Source: Klebsormidium nitens (lineage: Eukaryota > Plantae > Klebsormidiophyceae). Taken from it: a DNA stretch of 64,000 nucleotides. How positions within the stretch are numbered: position 1 is the first letter of the stretch; every line of letters begins with the position of its first letter. Below the pieces are notes generated by a model, which saw only the letters and a program-made list of their open reading frames with translations, ran no database searches and was not told where the DNA came from. Made by a program: the position numbers and the translations under genes. This document shows, piece after piece, positions 25,775 through 39,600 of the stretch. The stretch covers positions 48,923-112,922 of the forward strand of contig DF237068.1 in assembly GCA_000708835.1 (NCBI GenBank). Reading direction: 5' to 3'.

Positions 25775-28700
25775 AAGCAAAGTAGGCTGCCAACAGATGA
25801 GAGCGTACCCGACTGGCAAGCTCTTGCAACGCTTAAGTTCGCAATGCTTAAAAGTCGGGCACCAGGATCTGGGGGCCTCAGTCGACATCAAAAAGCCGGC
25901 TTCTGAGTCCGGGTAAGAGAGTCCGCTTCTTGGGTGTGCCCCAAATTGACCTTCACATCACGGCCGGAGAAGGTCACAACAAGGCAAACCCGATAACCTT
26001 GTATATACGAGCCGCCACTTGCAACACAGCGGTGCTAAAAAGCATGTCTATCCTTTCATGGGCAATGACGGAACGGACATGCACGCCGTTTACAGTCGAC
26101 AAGAGCTCGACTCTTCAGACGGAAGCGACCGTCCGTTTCCAAGTCTGACAATCCTGAGCGTCTCCGAGCTTGGACGCGACGGCCTTCTCATACCAACATA
26201 AATCATTCAATAGGCTTGATGACAGTCTGCTAGTAAAAGCGCTCACCCTCTGCTCGATACACAGACGATACCGTCAAGAGAAACCCGGAAAGACGCTGAA
26301 ACCGCAAGATGACAGGGTGAAACATGGAATGCGACTGCAGAATCAGTAAACGCCTCGCTGTCTACAAGGCCAGGTCCAGGAAAACCGGCATCAGATGCAG
26401 CTGGGAGCGCGTGGCGAAATGCACAGTGCCAACGGAGACCTCTCCCTTGCCCTTCTAGCTAACCCTTTTGGATAATGCCCACGAAAGAAGAACGTTAACC
26501 TGCAAAGCTGCGAAAGCGAGGACGACTAAAATTCGTGGCTGACGCGGATTCTGGACGAGCTTCCCCGAGCCTTGTGTTGAGTACGAGGCATGATGTGGGC
26601 GTCGAGAGACGTTAAATTGACTTCGTTGTTTCGGAGAGGATCTTCGCGTTCGTCAGGTAATAGCAAGTCGAAGCTGTGGTTTCACTTTGGAGCCCTTCAG
26701 ACGATAGATGTTCTGGTGCCATATCCGCCTCTAAAGAGGCGGGCAGCACAGCCGCCGGAGACTTGAGTAAGCTTTCCTTACACGTCCGCCTTGGAAATAT
26801 GGCAACGCCCAAGACGAAGTGGGTACCCTACATCTGTTCATACGGCGTAGAAAGCGCTACGAACCTTGCTTCTGAAACTTTTACTAGCCCCATGTACCCA
26901 CTGATTTGAAGGCAAGGCTCTTCCGAGCTTGGCCCCCGACTTGAAGCCGTTGATCTAGACTCTTACCAACCCAACAGCCCGCAATCCAACTTACTCGCAG
27001 CTCTTAGTCAGAAGGTGTTTCACAATTTCGAATCTCGTATGCAACATCCAGTAGACAGTTAAAAACCATTTGGACCAGGATGCCTGATCAGTGCAGTGCT
27101 TGATAGAAGAATGTCTGCCGGAAAGTTTATGCTGCTTTCATTACACGCAAAACGGTGATATTAGTTGGGCTTCAAGGACACTGCAAAGCTTGAGACTTTC
27201 TGTGGTCTCACTTGGTTCATGAACTTTTCCTCGCCCTTCGATTGCCACGGATTACCAATCTGACAAATTCAGGTTTGAGTGACAGAGGGGTCTTTGGCGT
27301 CGATCAAAGCGTGACGGTAAAGATGAGGCTGAACATATCTGAACTTGGTTTTAATTCGTCACGGCCAGCAGTCAGACACGATGTCTAGTTCTGGGGCTTC
27401 AAACGAAACTGCCCGACGAGATGAGCAGATACGGCCAGACTGTCTTGTGATCCTCTGTTCCTGCCGGAAGAACCGGAGTTAAGCATGCAGGCCGCTACGA
27501 ACGCCTTATATGGATCGAGGCTAATGTGCCCGACGACCTGTATGCTTCCAACGAGCTTGGCATCAGACATTTCAACGAAGGCATCAGGACTGGATACACC
27601 GATGTCTGGGCATTCAAAGTGCCCCAGGCCCGGGGGTACCACCCAATCACGGCCGCATGGCAAAAAGATGAACAAGTGACTTGGGCCTTCGAACCCAAAT
27701 GCAGACTCCGCGCGCTTTCAAGAGACAGTTCTCAAGTGGGCACTCGCAGATCAAGATCAACCCGGCGCGACCAAAACAAGAGTCAAAACAATGACCTCGG
27801 GAAACAGTGGCCTGCACTGCAGAACCGCTTGCTAACCCGGGACTGGCTCTCCATTTTGACCTAACCGGGTTCGAAACGACCGTTGCTTCCAGGAGCTGAT
27901 GGATCGACAGTGACTGGAGTGCAGGTGCGAACTACACAATACTTCGGCTATGCCGTTTGTAAGTTCTAGTGGCATCAGGAGAGTCAAAGGTTGAGTTGCT
28001 CATGGCCCTCTAGAGCCAAAAGGCCTTCCTGGTCATCAAAAGCCCTGCCAACTTCGATTCATAATTGTGAGTCCCGCATGCTCAAGACCACAAATTTGCA
28101 GAGAAGCAGCCGCCACGTCCTGGACACTTCCAAGCCGGGCATCCGGAGCGTTTTTGAAGATAAGGTGGTCATTCTATGGAATGCAAAAGGTAAAAGCAGA
28201 TGGTTGCTGCCTCAAATCCCAACCGTAACTGACTTTTGCATGGGTTGTGAACCAGCAGCCAGTTCTGTCCTGGAGCATCATGGGCGACGCACAACAAATC
28301 GAGGAGCATTCGTGTACGAACTCCACTCGAAGCCTTCCAAAGTTCTTTGAAAGAATGAAGAGCCGCGGCAGTCCAAGTTGTATATATCACGTGGCACTGT
28401 ACGGATTCAATTTGCAAGGACCAAACGATTCACGGTAATGCCGTTTTCTAGACCACTTCAAATATGCAGAAGCCCTTCGAGTCGATTTCGATTGAAGCGC
28501 CAGACCACCTGCAATCGGCCGTTTGAACGATCCCACGACTCAGATCCAAAAAGCAAGTCCTCAGCGGATTGTTCTGCGTCCAATAGCAACCGGAAAGCTG
28601 AACGACAAGAAGATTAGGGCTCAAGGACTGGTCGCTAAACAGCTTCTGGGCAGGGAGATGCCGATAAACAGATGCCGATCATCAGATGTTGATCATTGCC

Positions 28701-29900
28701 ATTCACCTGATTGGTTGTGTGGAATTTCTGCATTTGGGTCGTGGATAGAGCAGCTTTTGGGAAGATGACGTCGCACAGAATATCGCATCATTCACAATCT
28801 GAAGTCGTCCAATATGTCGCTTCATTGTTCGCTGTTAGCAAGCGAGCGAGCACTGCACTTAACTCAAGCTTTGAAAAGACGCTGACTTGCCAGAATTCTG
28901 TAACTTCGACATTGTGGTTGACGAGATTGAGGGAGACTCTTGTATGGTCAAGAGTGAACGCCGGTGTTTCGATGCCAAAACCTGTTCGAGTGAGATTAAG
29001 GCAACCGTGAATTTCTCAATGGCTAGTGATTGATCTGGAGCGAATCTCATTTTTGGCACCCAGATGGCTTGTAGATGACCAGGGCCAACGAGCACACTGG
29101 CGCGAGCGGCTGAACGTACTTATATTAACACATTGCTTAGTAGAAGATATTTCGGTGTAAGTGCTGCTTTATATTGATTCAAATCCAACATGGATGCTAA
29201 CCTCTTGTCATTTCCCTGGTTGCGCGGAGAAATTTAATTCTCGATTTATAAAACATAAGAGACAATATTGGACTGAACACCGAAGAGATCCCGAGCAACA
29301 GCGCAAATGTTTCCTTTCCGATGCGATGCGACACAGATGCAACGCTTACCGACTTTTTTTCTGATGGGGTCTTGGCCTTAAGAACGCGAGCAGTGCTCAT
29401 CGACGAGGTTCCAAGCAAGCGCCGGAGCAGAATGAACAGCCCACATCGAAAGAGACGAACGGGTTTCGCTTGATCAGCCCACGGTACTCGCGCCGTAAAC
29501 CTGTGCGCTTTTAAGTGAGATTCCACAGCTTCTCGTTGATCAACCCTAATCATTCATGATTGATACTGACTCGTATGACCGCCTAGAGATTAAGTCGGTC
29601 CAGTTTCCATGACGCGGATGACGGGTCACCGCGGTACGTGGCATCAGCAGTCGCGGGCCTTCAAAGCGGGTACGATTCCTGGCAACGACAGTACAGCCAG
29701 TCTTCCTAGATATTCACAGCCACTTCCACCAGTAAAGGAAAGCCGATGAGCTCAAACTTAACTGCCGTTGTACTAGAGGGGACCGGATTAAGGCATCAGG
29801 CTAATTAAGAGGGACGCCGAGCGAGCGGCATGAGCGCAATTGTGATTGAATCAATCATGATCCGTCAGACCTGAGTAAAGACTGAAACCTTAGCACTGTA
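25773..29900 (-). pseudogene. Array unit 2 (3' part close to units 1, 3 and 4; 5' part diverged)
   Basis: Terminal QELASRVRSHLLAAYFA* (TGA 25773-25775), CLVVTFSGRDVKVNLG (~25965), GRDWVVPPGLGHFECP (~27650), AFDDQEGLLA (~28040). Confidence 0.7.
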
Positions 29901-30035
29901 GGCGTGAGCCAAAAGTAGCTGCCAGCCAGCTCACGTTAGATCAGGCCAATGGACTGAATCATCTTAGTTTTAGATTCAGTTCCAGGACAGGCTCAAGGGA
30001 GATTTGATGAAGGACGCACAAGCTACCAGACCGTG

Positions 30036-33000
30036 TTAATCAAGAGTCATTTGTAAACCAATCGAGGCTGCCTACAAGCAAGTACGCACCCAAATGCTGT
30101 TTTCGCAATGCCAATCTTCGTTCTGGACCCATCACAGTCGGGCACCAAAATCGGGGGCCACTGGCCATAGACACAACAAAAGCATGCTCGAAGTACTGCT
30201 CGGGCGTCATGATCAATTAACATCCACAAGGCTGGATGGGCGCGGCGCCCACATGACCTTTTAATCACGGCTGCCGGTGCGCATACCAACCGGAATTTAC
30301 CATCAGAGTAATCAAGACAGCTTGAGGGGCCTGGGGGGAAACAGCCAATAGGCATCCAAGGTGGTCGAAACCTCTTGAAACATTCACGCTCATAATCCTC
30401 CAGCTCGAGCACGCGCCGTTTCACAACCGTTTGCAAGAGCTCAAGCAAATGCTAGTAGCCGTCCGTACAGGGTCCGTTTTCACGTACAGCTGCTGCCGGT
30501 TCTCACGTTTCCAAGCTTGCACCCAACGGCTTTCCCACTGTAACACTCACCACTCAATCGACGGTCTGCTTTTGAGTTACAACCACTGGCAAAGGTCAGG
30601 AGGACGAGCTGAACCTTGGAACGAACATGACCAATCAGACAATCCCCCACTGCAACAAGGCCAACTTAAGGGACAACCGGCGTCAGATGCGCTCGAAAAT
30701 GAGCACGTGGCGAGATGCCCAATGCCAGCGGAGACATAATCGTCCTTGCCCGTCAAGCCAATCCTCTTGTACAGCATGTCACGAACAGGGAAGTTCAATT
30801 TATGCGGGATCTTGAGGCCTAAAGAAGATACGAAAGCACAGAAGGGCGGACACGGATCTGCCTGGATAGCACGGATTCTGCGGGGGATTATGTTTGATTC
30901 TGATTCTGCAGGGGCGTACCTGCTATGACGAGACCAAACGCGCCGGCGATTATAATGGACAGAAGCATGATGTGGGCACTTGGGACAACGTCAAAGTTTT
31001 AGCTTCTGTGCTTCAAAGCTGGTCTTTGTGAGGTTGAGAGCAAAGAGGACCGGATGTGCTCGTTTTAAGCATTGAGATGATAAACGCTTTGATGCCGTTA
31101 TCCGCCTCGAAGGAGGCGAGTACCACAGCAAACGGTGGCACGAACAAACCTTTCAAGACAAGTCGGCCCTGAAGCTTTGGTATTTGCCGCTTAAGAGAAG
31201 GTGGTTACAGCTGTATTAGGAACATGTTATCCTCCGATTAATAAGCTCCAAGCTCCTTTCGTGTCCTGAAGCACTGCTTAAAAGGCAAACACGTACTGAG
31301 AGCTCCCTCTCTCACCCCTTCAAAGACCAACAACCCACAGACCGACCTGCAGCTTTCAGTGTTGGACGGAACGACGAGGACCCGTGTCAAAATAACTTGT
31401 TCAGTCCTTTGAAATTATGGACTAGGATGCCTGATGTTGATCTCATCAATTTGACAAGTACCCTTTCCATCCGACTTGCAAGGTTGTTGACCGGGCTTTC
31501 AAAACGAGCGGGCATGAGACGCTTTAATAATGGTCTCGCTCGACTGATTTTCTCTTCCTGGCCCCGTCACGGTTGCCCTGATGAAAATAATAAATAGTCT
31601 TTTTTTTGTGACAATTAAAGTGACTTAGCATCATTAAGCAACGGTTTTATGAGGAAGACTCTGGCTGGAAATGATAGCCCTATCAATTTTATCGAAAACC
31701 AGCAGTTGGGAGCCGGAAGCGCGACACGGAACCACGGAACGAGATCACCAGAAAAGCGGCGGAACTTTTTGTGTTCCTTGATCTGCTCTTCTGCCCAAGC
31801 TAAAAATGCAGACCGCCTCGATCGAAAGCAGACGCAAAGTGAAGCCACAACAGGGGGACTCCAAACTAAATGCAAGGTAATTAACTACTTTCCCAAAGGT
31901 CAAAAAGCCAAATTGATCGCGTAAACAGGCCGAAAGATGAAGGAACTCCTGAATTAGCGTTCCTGGGCCGTTTGTGGATGGGCAAGCAGGTTAGACACAC
32001 GACAAGGCTCTCACTTTACATGACAAAAAAACTCACCTAGGAAACACTACAGCAGGTTCGTAACTCAAGCTGGGCTAAAGGACGTTTGCCACTGGGCCAG
32101 TTTACATGCGTCTTTATTTGGGCCGATCAGACGATTCAACCAGGTGCATGATACGACGACCTGGATCACTTGGAGTCGACGGATGGATTGCACGACAAGC
32201 AGACTAAGCTGGAAAAAGAGCAATTTTTTGCCAGACGCGATTTTCGCTGAAATGAAAAGATGAACGGCCGCGCTTTGATGGCAACGATTTCACCGAAGCC
32301 GATTGATCGAACCAATTACGCATCAACAGATTGCGGCCGTCGGGGAGAACACGTGACTTTTTGGTGCAAAAAGTCTACGGTCACCTGAATGCCCACTCGT
32401 TCCTGATCACCGAGTGCGCTCTTTCCGAGGGCAGAGTCTCCGTCGCCAAAGATCAAAAGACTATATATAACGAACTGAAGGGCGTGAAAAAGTACGTCGC
32501 GCATCTCCGCCTGGGTAAAGAGTGCCCACTGGCGCCAGCGGCCGTCTCATTATGGCCATACCCCCCCCGGCCCACCTTCCAGAAATCATTTTTGCGAGAG
32601 TCGACCATGCAGTGCATCCAGGATCATCTGCGTTGGCCAACGCAGCGGCTGCCTTGAACCGTTCACTGGGCATTCGTTCAACGAATGCCCAGTTGCCGCC
32701 AGGGGTTGCAGGCCCCGTCTTCGAAGCTCAATTGGAACAGGGAAGCGAGTTGCACCGAAACAGCAGAAAGTCATGACGAGAAATGGAAGCGCCCCTGGAT
32801 GACGTCCGCCCAATATTAAACTGCATGATGCAATTGCCTGATGGAAAAGGTATTTTCCGGAGGTTCCGCCGTTGAGAGCGACGTACTACTCATAAGAAAT
32901 ACACATCAAAGTTTGCGATTGAGAGACAGTCCATGTGCAATTGCTCGGTGAAGGTTTGATTCGCCGGAAAGTTCTTGATGAGTACACTTGCCTAAGAAGA

Positions 33001-34446
33001 ACACGCAGCCGCTCACTGACCCGGAATTTTATAGGCCATGCTTATCGATCGTCATTGGCACTGCTGTGATCAGAAAGTACCCCGTCACCTTCAACAAACG
33101 GATTGGTTTTTACCGACTGCCCCGTGTGATCTACGTCATCTTACACAAGCCCGTTTTTTCAGTGGCGTCAGGATGACGAAAAACACACATCAATTGGCGC
33201 CATCGAGCCAACACGTATTCCTGGTCGTCAAGGCCATCCCGTCTAATATCCAACTTTTCTAACCGCACGCCCGAGAAGACCGTGACACTGTCATGAAGAT
33301 TTGAGAAAGGCCGCAATTTTTATGTAAGGTTATTCGTAGCAACTTGAAAGGCTTACGAAGAAAGTCGGTTTGACCGGAAATTGGAAATGGCAATCAAGGG
33401 AGCTTGCCTAAGGCCTCAGCTCCCTGTAAGCGCGAGCTCTGGTTGGAAAGAACCACTGTCTTGAAGTATCAATGGAAATTTTGAAGATCTGAAGGAAACG
33501 AAGCGATGCCTCTCGCAGCGACCCGAGCTTTCTTTATGATCTGCCGCGCAAGAATCATTGTAGAATGATGCCGACTCAGAACGCCGCCGCCGCTGCGCCG
33601 CGCGGCATCATTCCATTCTTCCGTGGCGTTCGAATGTCTACCTTCCTTCAAGAGCGCAACCTCAGGCACACAATCTTCAGATCAGTGAAGACACTTTGTT
33701 CAAAGCCTTGTAAAATTCGCGATTCTCAGCTGACTCGAGTGGAAACATGCGCGAGCGCTTTTGAGTCAAGCTGGGCGCTTCAGGACAATCGCCCGGCCAT
33801 AGTTTATGAGGCCGGACGCTTTCCGTATTGGGGCTTCGAGAACCACTCTTGAAGAGATTGTTTGGACTTTGATCGGAAAGCTGGAGACGACGTTGGATCC
33901 CTATGGCTCAGCAAACAAAGCAGGGATGTCATCCTTGGACAGGGGGGACAGGTCCAGGTTGTTGATTCATGCAAGTTACAGCCATACATATGACCGCGCT
34001 GTTCTGAAGAAGTTAAAACCCTCCAGAACAAGAGGTCAAGAGTGTCTATATACAACAAGGTTAAGAACACGTGTCCGGAATACGAAGTATTGCTTCCTCC
34101 GTGGGAAAAGGCTGAAAGGATGACGGGGCTGCTCGAACTCCGGTCGAATTATAAAACAACGGAGAGCACCCAAAGAAGAGCGCCGCAGTACTGCGGCCGT
34201 GCGCGTAGTAGCTTCCATTGCTAAAGAGTATGACGTTACGCAGACCAGCTGCACCTTGCATGAAAACCATCAACTTCGTGCAGTCTCCGCCAACGAGCCT
34301 AGCCTGACAGGGGGACACACTCTAGCAACATGTCCAGCGTGTCACTCCCAGTGTAACTGTTTTCTTCCCGCTTCGTAACTTGATTAAATAACTTACTTAA
34401 GTTAGTAACACTGCGGGCGTTCAGTTGCCCAGAGGTACCGTTTCAT
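30036..34446 (-). pseudogene. Array unit 3: near-complete decayed copy
   Basis: Colinear with unit 1 at ~9 kb offset (for example 33800-34830 vs 24760-25790). Candidate ATG at 34446 and terminal stop TAA at 30036-30038. Motifs YGHNETAAGASGHSLPR, LLIFGDGDSALGKSALG, DGLDDQEYVLARWRQ, NATEEWNDAARRSGG. Confidence 0.8.
32628..32693. repeat. Two adjacent perfect palindromes (18 bp; 14-bp arms with 1-nt loop)
   Basis: CTGCGTTGGCCAACGCAG at 32628-32645 and ACTGGGCATTCGTT-C-AACGAATGCCCAGT at 32665-32693. Confidence 0.9.
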
Positions 34447-34775
34447 CTTAGCCGCATTGGGCGCATACATGGCAAACCAAAACACTAGCGTTCCCCTCAA
34501 GTTGTATTGCCGGTCCCTTGGTGCGTCAATTGTTTGAGGAGGCAAAAACAAAAATGCGCTCATCTAGAAAAGCTGACTCAGTTAGCAGCGACGTTGTTCC
34601 ACTGCCAGAAAGATCCATATTCAACGCTACGTCTGAAAAACGGACACGTACTGAAAAAAACAGCAACCAGGTGATTTCCAATAAGCACGTCAACTACTAA
34701 ACGAGTATCTCTAACTGACCTTTCCCCTTTCGTGGATAAGATCGACGGGACAGCAGTTGGCCCTGATGCTGAGAT

Positions 34776-34810
34776 GCCACGTGTCAACCAGTGCGTCACT
34801 GATACGTGTC
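34776..34810. promoter_or_regulatory. Paired ACGTG elements between unit 4 stop and unit 3 start
   Basis: GCCACGTGTC (34776) and ATACGTGTC (34802), about 330 bp upstream of the candidate ATG of unit 3. Confidence 0.35.
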
Positions 34811-36600
34811 AATCAAAGGAGGCTGCGTACAGGTGAGAGCGTACCCGACTGGCAAGCTCTTGCAACGCTTCAAAGTCGGGCACCAGGATCGAAGCCCCAC
34901 TTATCGACAATCAAAAGGCTTGCTCAAACCCCCGCTCAAACCGGCTTCTCGTTCGGCTTGTCGACATCATTGAATGGGTCATGTGCCCAGATGGACCTTC
35001 AAATCACGGCCGGAGAAGCGCACAACCAGGCAAACCCGGCAAAGTACCTTGGTACATACGAGCGGCCACTTGCGAATGAACGGTACTGAAAACTTTCTTT
35101 CCTTTCATGAATCATGGGCAACGACGGAACGGACATGCACGGCGTTTACAGTCCATCAACAAGAGCTGGACTCTTCCAGACGTCAGCGACTCTTCCTGAA
35201 CGTCTTCAAGTCTGGACGAGACGGCCTTCTCACAGAACATACGTCACTTGATAGGCTTGACGAGTCTGTCTGCTTTCAACATCGCTCATCGTTTGCTCGA
35301 TATACAGACGATACCGTCAAGCTGTATTCGGAAAGACGCTGAAGCCGCAAGATGACAGCCTGGAACACGGAAAGACATGCAGAAACAATAAAAATTCGCT
35401 CTCTACAAGGGCCAGCTTAACAACACCCGGCGTCAGATGCGTATTCAAGGGTGCTCGTGGCTTTGATCCTTTTGGAAAACCACGAAAGAACAACGTTATC
35501 GTGCGGAACTTTCAAAGCGGAAAAGTTGCGAAAGCAAGAACGATCCGAGAATCTGGCTGACGTAGATATGAAGGAGCTTCGCGCGCGAACCTTGTGTTGA
35601 GGACAAAAGCATGTTGTGGGCATTTGAGACAACGGCATATTGAATGTGGTGCTGCAAGAGGTTGTTTGAAAGGTGGAGAGCAAAGCAGAACTGTATAATC
35701 GCTTTGGAGCACTTGAGAGGATAGCTTTCTGTTGTCGTATCCCCCTCCAGGAGGCGAGCATCAATGCAGATGGTGTTGTAAGCAAGTTGGCCTTGATAAT
35801 ATGGAATTTGCCGCTCACGACAAAGTGAGTCCCCGCTTGAGCGTCATCCGGCCCATCCGCCAAGAACTTACCTTCCGAAGCTTCTTACAATCTCGAAGTA
35901 CTTACTGATCGGAATCCGCAACGCAGGAATCAACAAAGAGCAGAAGAATCAGAAACGAGGCCGCTGCTGCGATGCGCAGCAGCATTCCGTGGCAACCAAC
36001 CGTTTGAAGGAATTCTTTCCTTCAAGAACACACCCCCGGGCACAGAATCCTTCTCAAGCCAGCTTGAAGCCATGACGGAGCTTGCAGTTCACACCATGAT
36101 TCAATCCAAGCATGTGCGCGCGCTTTCAGGCAAGCAATCGTTTGAGCTCTGGTCGCAAAGCTGGAGACGACTTTGATCCCTAGGGCTCGCCGGATAAAGC
36201 GGCAGATTTTGACTCCTCCTTGGACAGAGGACAGTCCAGGTTGTTTTGAAGTCATAGCCATGCATGCAAACGCTCTATTCTTAACAACGGTCAGTCAATG
36301 TATGCAGATCCACATAACTTTCTGGATCTGAAATGGAGAATTGCTGTTCGCGGACAGAATCGAACGGACGGCGCGCCCGCTTAAAGAGGGGTCAATTCAA
36401 TAGACCATTGGGATCATTTAAGAACGCGCGCCGTTGCGGCCAAACGTATGACGTCACGCGGACCAGCGGCACCAAAAGCTCGCTTCAATTCCATCCCGAG
36501 ATATCTTAAAAGAGATTCCGACCTCAACCTTCTATATACATTCATTTGTTGCAGAAAAAGGGTCGGCTTCAGTGTTTCTTTCACTTTCTTAATGAGCAAG
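34809..36600 (-). pseudogene. Array unit 4 (internally deleted)
   Basis: 3' blocks (stop TGA 34809-34811, LQELASRVRSHLYAASFD*) join at ~35.9 kb directly to 5' blocks (GCCGCTGCTGCG..CATTCCGTGG ~35960, AGCTGGAGACGACTTTG ~36160, FGAAGPRDVI ~36460). The central blocks are missing. Confidence 0.7.
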
Positions 36601-36699
36601 CGAGCAAATTCTGCACCCCGTATTCAAGTTAGCGCAGCTACAGGCTGGTGAACGGATCACGGATCTTTTGACTTCAAAAAAAACTCAATCGGGTCAATG

Positions 36700-39600
36700 G
36701 CCATAACGAACGACATTCAACAAAAATACGTACGTATTGCAGTGCTATCTGAAGCGTTATTGGCCTAATGCAATCCTCAGTAAGTCAAAGAGTCGGGCAA
36801 TCTGAATTGGCAGTTCTGAGAGTGAGGCGATTCCGAACCGTCAGAAAACGCTGAGGCTTTGGAACCCAGCATAGGGCCCGTTTAAGTAACCAGGGCACGA
36901 GCACAGGATCGCTCTTATCAGACATGCAATAAATCAGGAAGATTGAGTTTTACGGTAACGGCCCAAGTGCGGCCGTTTCAAGACCAGCGAGCAAACGGTG
37001 AGCGATATCAAAAACTCGTCAGTTAAAAGACCCACTAGGTTCAAGTTGCGCTGCCACCAAACACACCAAAACCGCAGCTGATATACAGACAGTCGATGTT
37101 CTAGTCGATGTTCTGGTCTCTGAAAGACATACCAGTCTCAAAACACAAGGCGCAAGGAAAACCCATCCAAGAAGGCCAAAGCTTTGAATGTTACGTTTCA
37201 ATATGGCCCGCGCAACCGTAATTCTTACCGATTTATTTCCCGTCGATGGCTTTTGGCCGGGCAGACCCATGAGCGACTGACGGTGAGGCATAGTGATGAA
37301 ACTTTGAAGCAAGCCAAGCATACTGGTCAGACAAATGAAAGGTCACGAACTAGATATGGTTCTTCGGCCGGTGCTCGTGCCTAAGAGTGGTGAGCGGCAA
37401 GGGCAGTTTCGGTAAATCCAACTTGAACTCAAAGAAAGCTGTCAAGGTGAGACGGATCGCCCCCCCGGATCGAGTTCTCTCGGACTGGATCGTCTTAATC
37501 ACTAACCACGAATGATCGGCATCAGCTGCACGTCGAAAACCGCTACTGACAACAATTTGAAGAGTTGCCAGTTCTCAAGAACTGTCACGGGCCACTTCTG
37601 CCAAGAAAGGGTAAGTCGATGGAATATATAAGACAGAGATGCCACAGGTACAACAAGGGGCCGCAGGAGGCCTAGAAGGACGTCAAACCAGCGGAAGTGA
37701 GGCGCATCAGCACAAATTTTGCGTAGGTGCAAGGTTCAGGTAAAGTATCGGGCAAAACCTCGGCAATACAGAAGACAAACAAATCTGCAATTCCAGCGGG
37801 TGTCTCTGAGAGACAGGCTTGACGGCTCGAAGAAACCGCCCTCGCTCAACAAGAGAAACTTGGGCCTACTAGGAGTCCGACCTAAGGACGACTGGGCTCG
37901 GATTGTCATGGACTCTTTGGCGTTATCTGAAAATGACGGTTTTCCTTACGAAGAACCTGCTACTTTACCCCGAAGAAAACTCAATACTAGGCCACACATC
38001 TCAAGCGGCATTGGAACTGCTGTTGCCAAGGATCCGTCACTTCTGACGAATCTATTGGAGTGCCAAAATGATCTAACATAACCTGTACAAGCAGTTAGTG
38101 GATTCCGGATCATAGTCTTTGGCGCTATCGAGCCAACACTGATTCCTGGTCATCAAGGCCATCGAAATTTTCTACTTTCCTGACCGCACGCCAGATAAGA
38201 TAGAATCATGGGGAAATGAAACGCAATACATATGCAAGGCTACGGCAGCGGCTGTACATGTAAGCCACTCTCATCAATCTAAGAAAGTAGATGTTACCAG
38301 AAAGCGGGAGCTGCAATCAAGAGAAGTTGCTGAGGCCTCAGCTCCTTGTCAGGCGCGTTCTCTGGTTATAAACAGCCACTGTCTCGGAGCATCAACGGCA
38401 ACTTTGAAGATACGAAGAAAGAAGTGCGATGATTTCGCAGTTGCCACTTGAGCTCGCGAAATAAATTGCGACGCAAAAATAACGACGAGGATAAGACCCC
38501 AAACTCAGCTGCCGGTGTGATACGCGGCAGCATTCGGTATCGTTCAGCTTTCTTCCTTTCTGAAGAAATACAACCTAGGGCACAATGGCACACAATCTTT
38601 AATAATCAAGCCGGCTTGAGACTGTGACGGTATTCCAAGGGTCACATGATTTAGTTCAAAACATATGCGAGCCCATTTGGAGTCTTCGGAGCGCCAGGCC
38701 AAAGGTGAACCGGTCGGGACGCTTACCTAACGGAGGTCCCAGAACCAATGTTCTAGGAAAAGCTGGAAACATCGAATTCGGATTTACAACTCGGTAGGGA
38801 CAGACTGAGGGCTAAGCGAAACCGAGCTCAAACAAGAAACGTATGGTGGTTAAGAAGGGCGACCGTGGGACGACTGGGCTCGGACTGACACAAATGAAAC
38901 CCCCTTGGAAACATTTCTATGCCAGCGGAGACCTCCAAGTCGTCCTCGCCCGTTCTTCAAGTTGAAGAAGGCTTACCAAAGAGTAGCTCATCTAGTGCAC
39001 AGGTTTCACAGTGAGATTGCATGAATCTGAAGCAAGGGGCAGCCCGCTTTGCAAGAGCGACTCAATTTTACCAAGTCCCGATTACCTAAGATTCTAAGAT
39101 TAACGTCAAAAACGACTCCGCCATCAGTAAAAGGACAGGAGCATGACTTGGCCGGAATCGAGACAGCGCTCGACTCAGTTGCGGCGCTTCGAAGGAAAAA
39201 CGGCATACGGTGAACAAAAAACGAACTGGGCTTTCAAAACGACGGAAGCACCTGAGAAGATGAAGACTTTGCCATTCGCCCCGAAGGAGGCGAGCGCCAC
39301 AGAAGACGGGGCCGCAAGTGAAGTTTCAATTACCAGCGGTCTTGGAAGTTTGCATCAACAACTCAAAAATCCCACGTCTTTGTAGCTTTAGTTGAACGGA
39401 AGACAACCCTGATCCACATACAAGCTCCAAAACCATCTGACCAGGATGCCTGATGCTTGAAGTCAACCAATGAACGAGTAAGTGAAACCCCTTTCACGGA
39501 CTTGTAAGGGTGGTTGACCGGGCTTCGTTGACGAAACCAACATGAGACGCTCAATAGTCGCACTCAATTTTTTCTCTCTTCCTGGCCCCTTCAAGTCTGC

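Noticed and set aside
32400-32460. GDSALGKS as a Walker A P-loop in the array protein
   Set aside because: Paralogs read DRDAAFGKC, YRDAAAEGA and DRVAAW, so GK[ST] is not conserved, and no Walker B follows at the expected distance.
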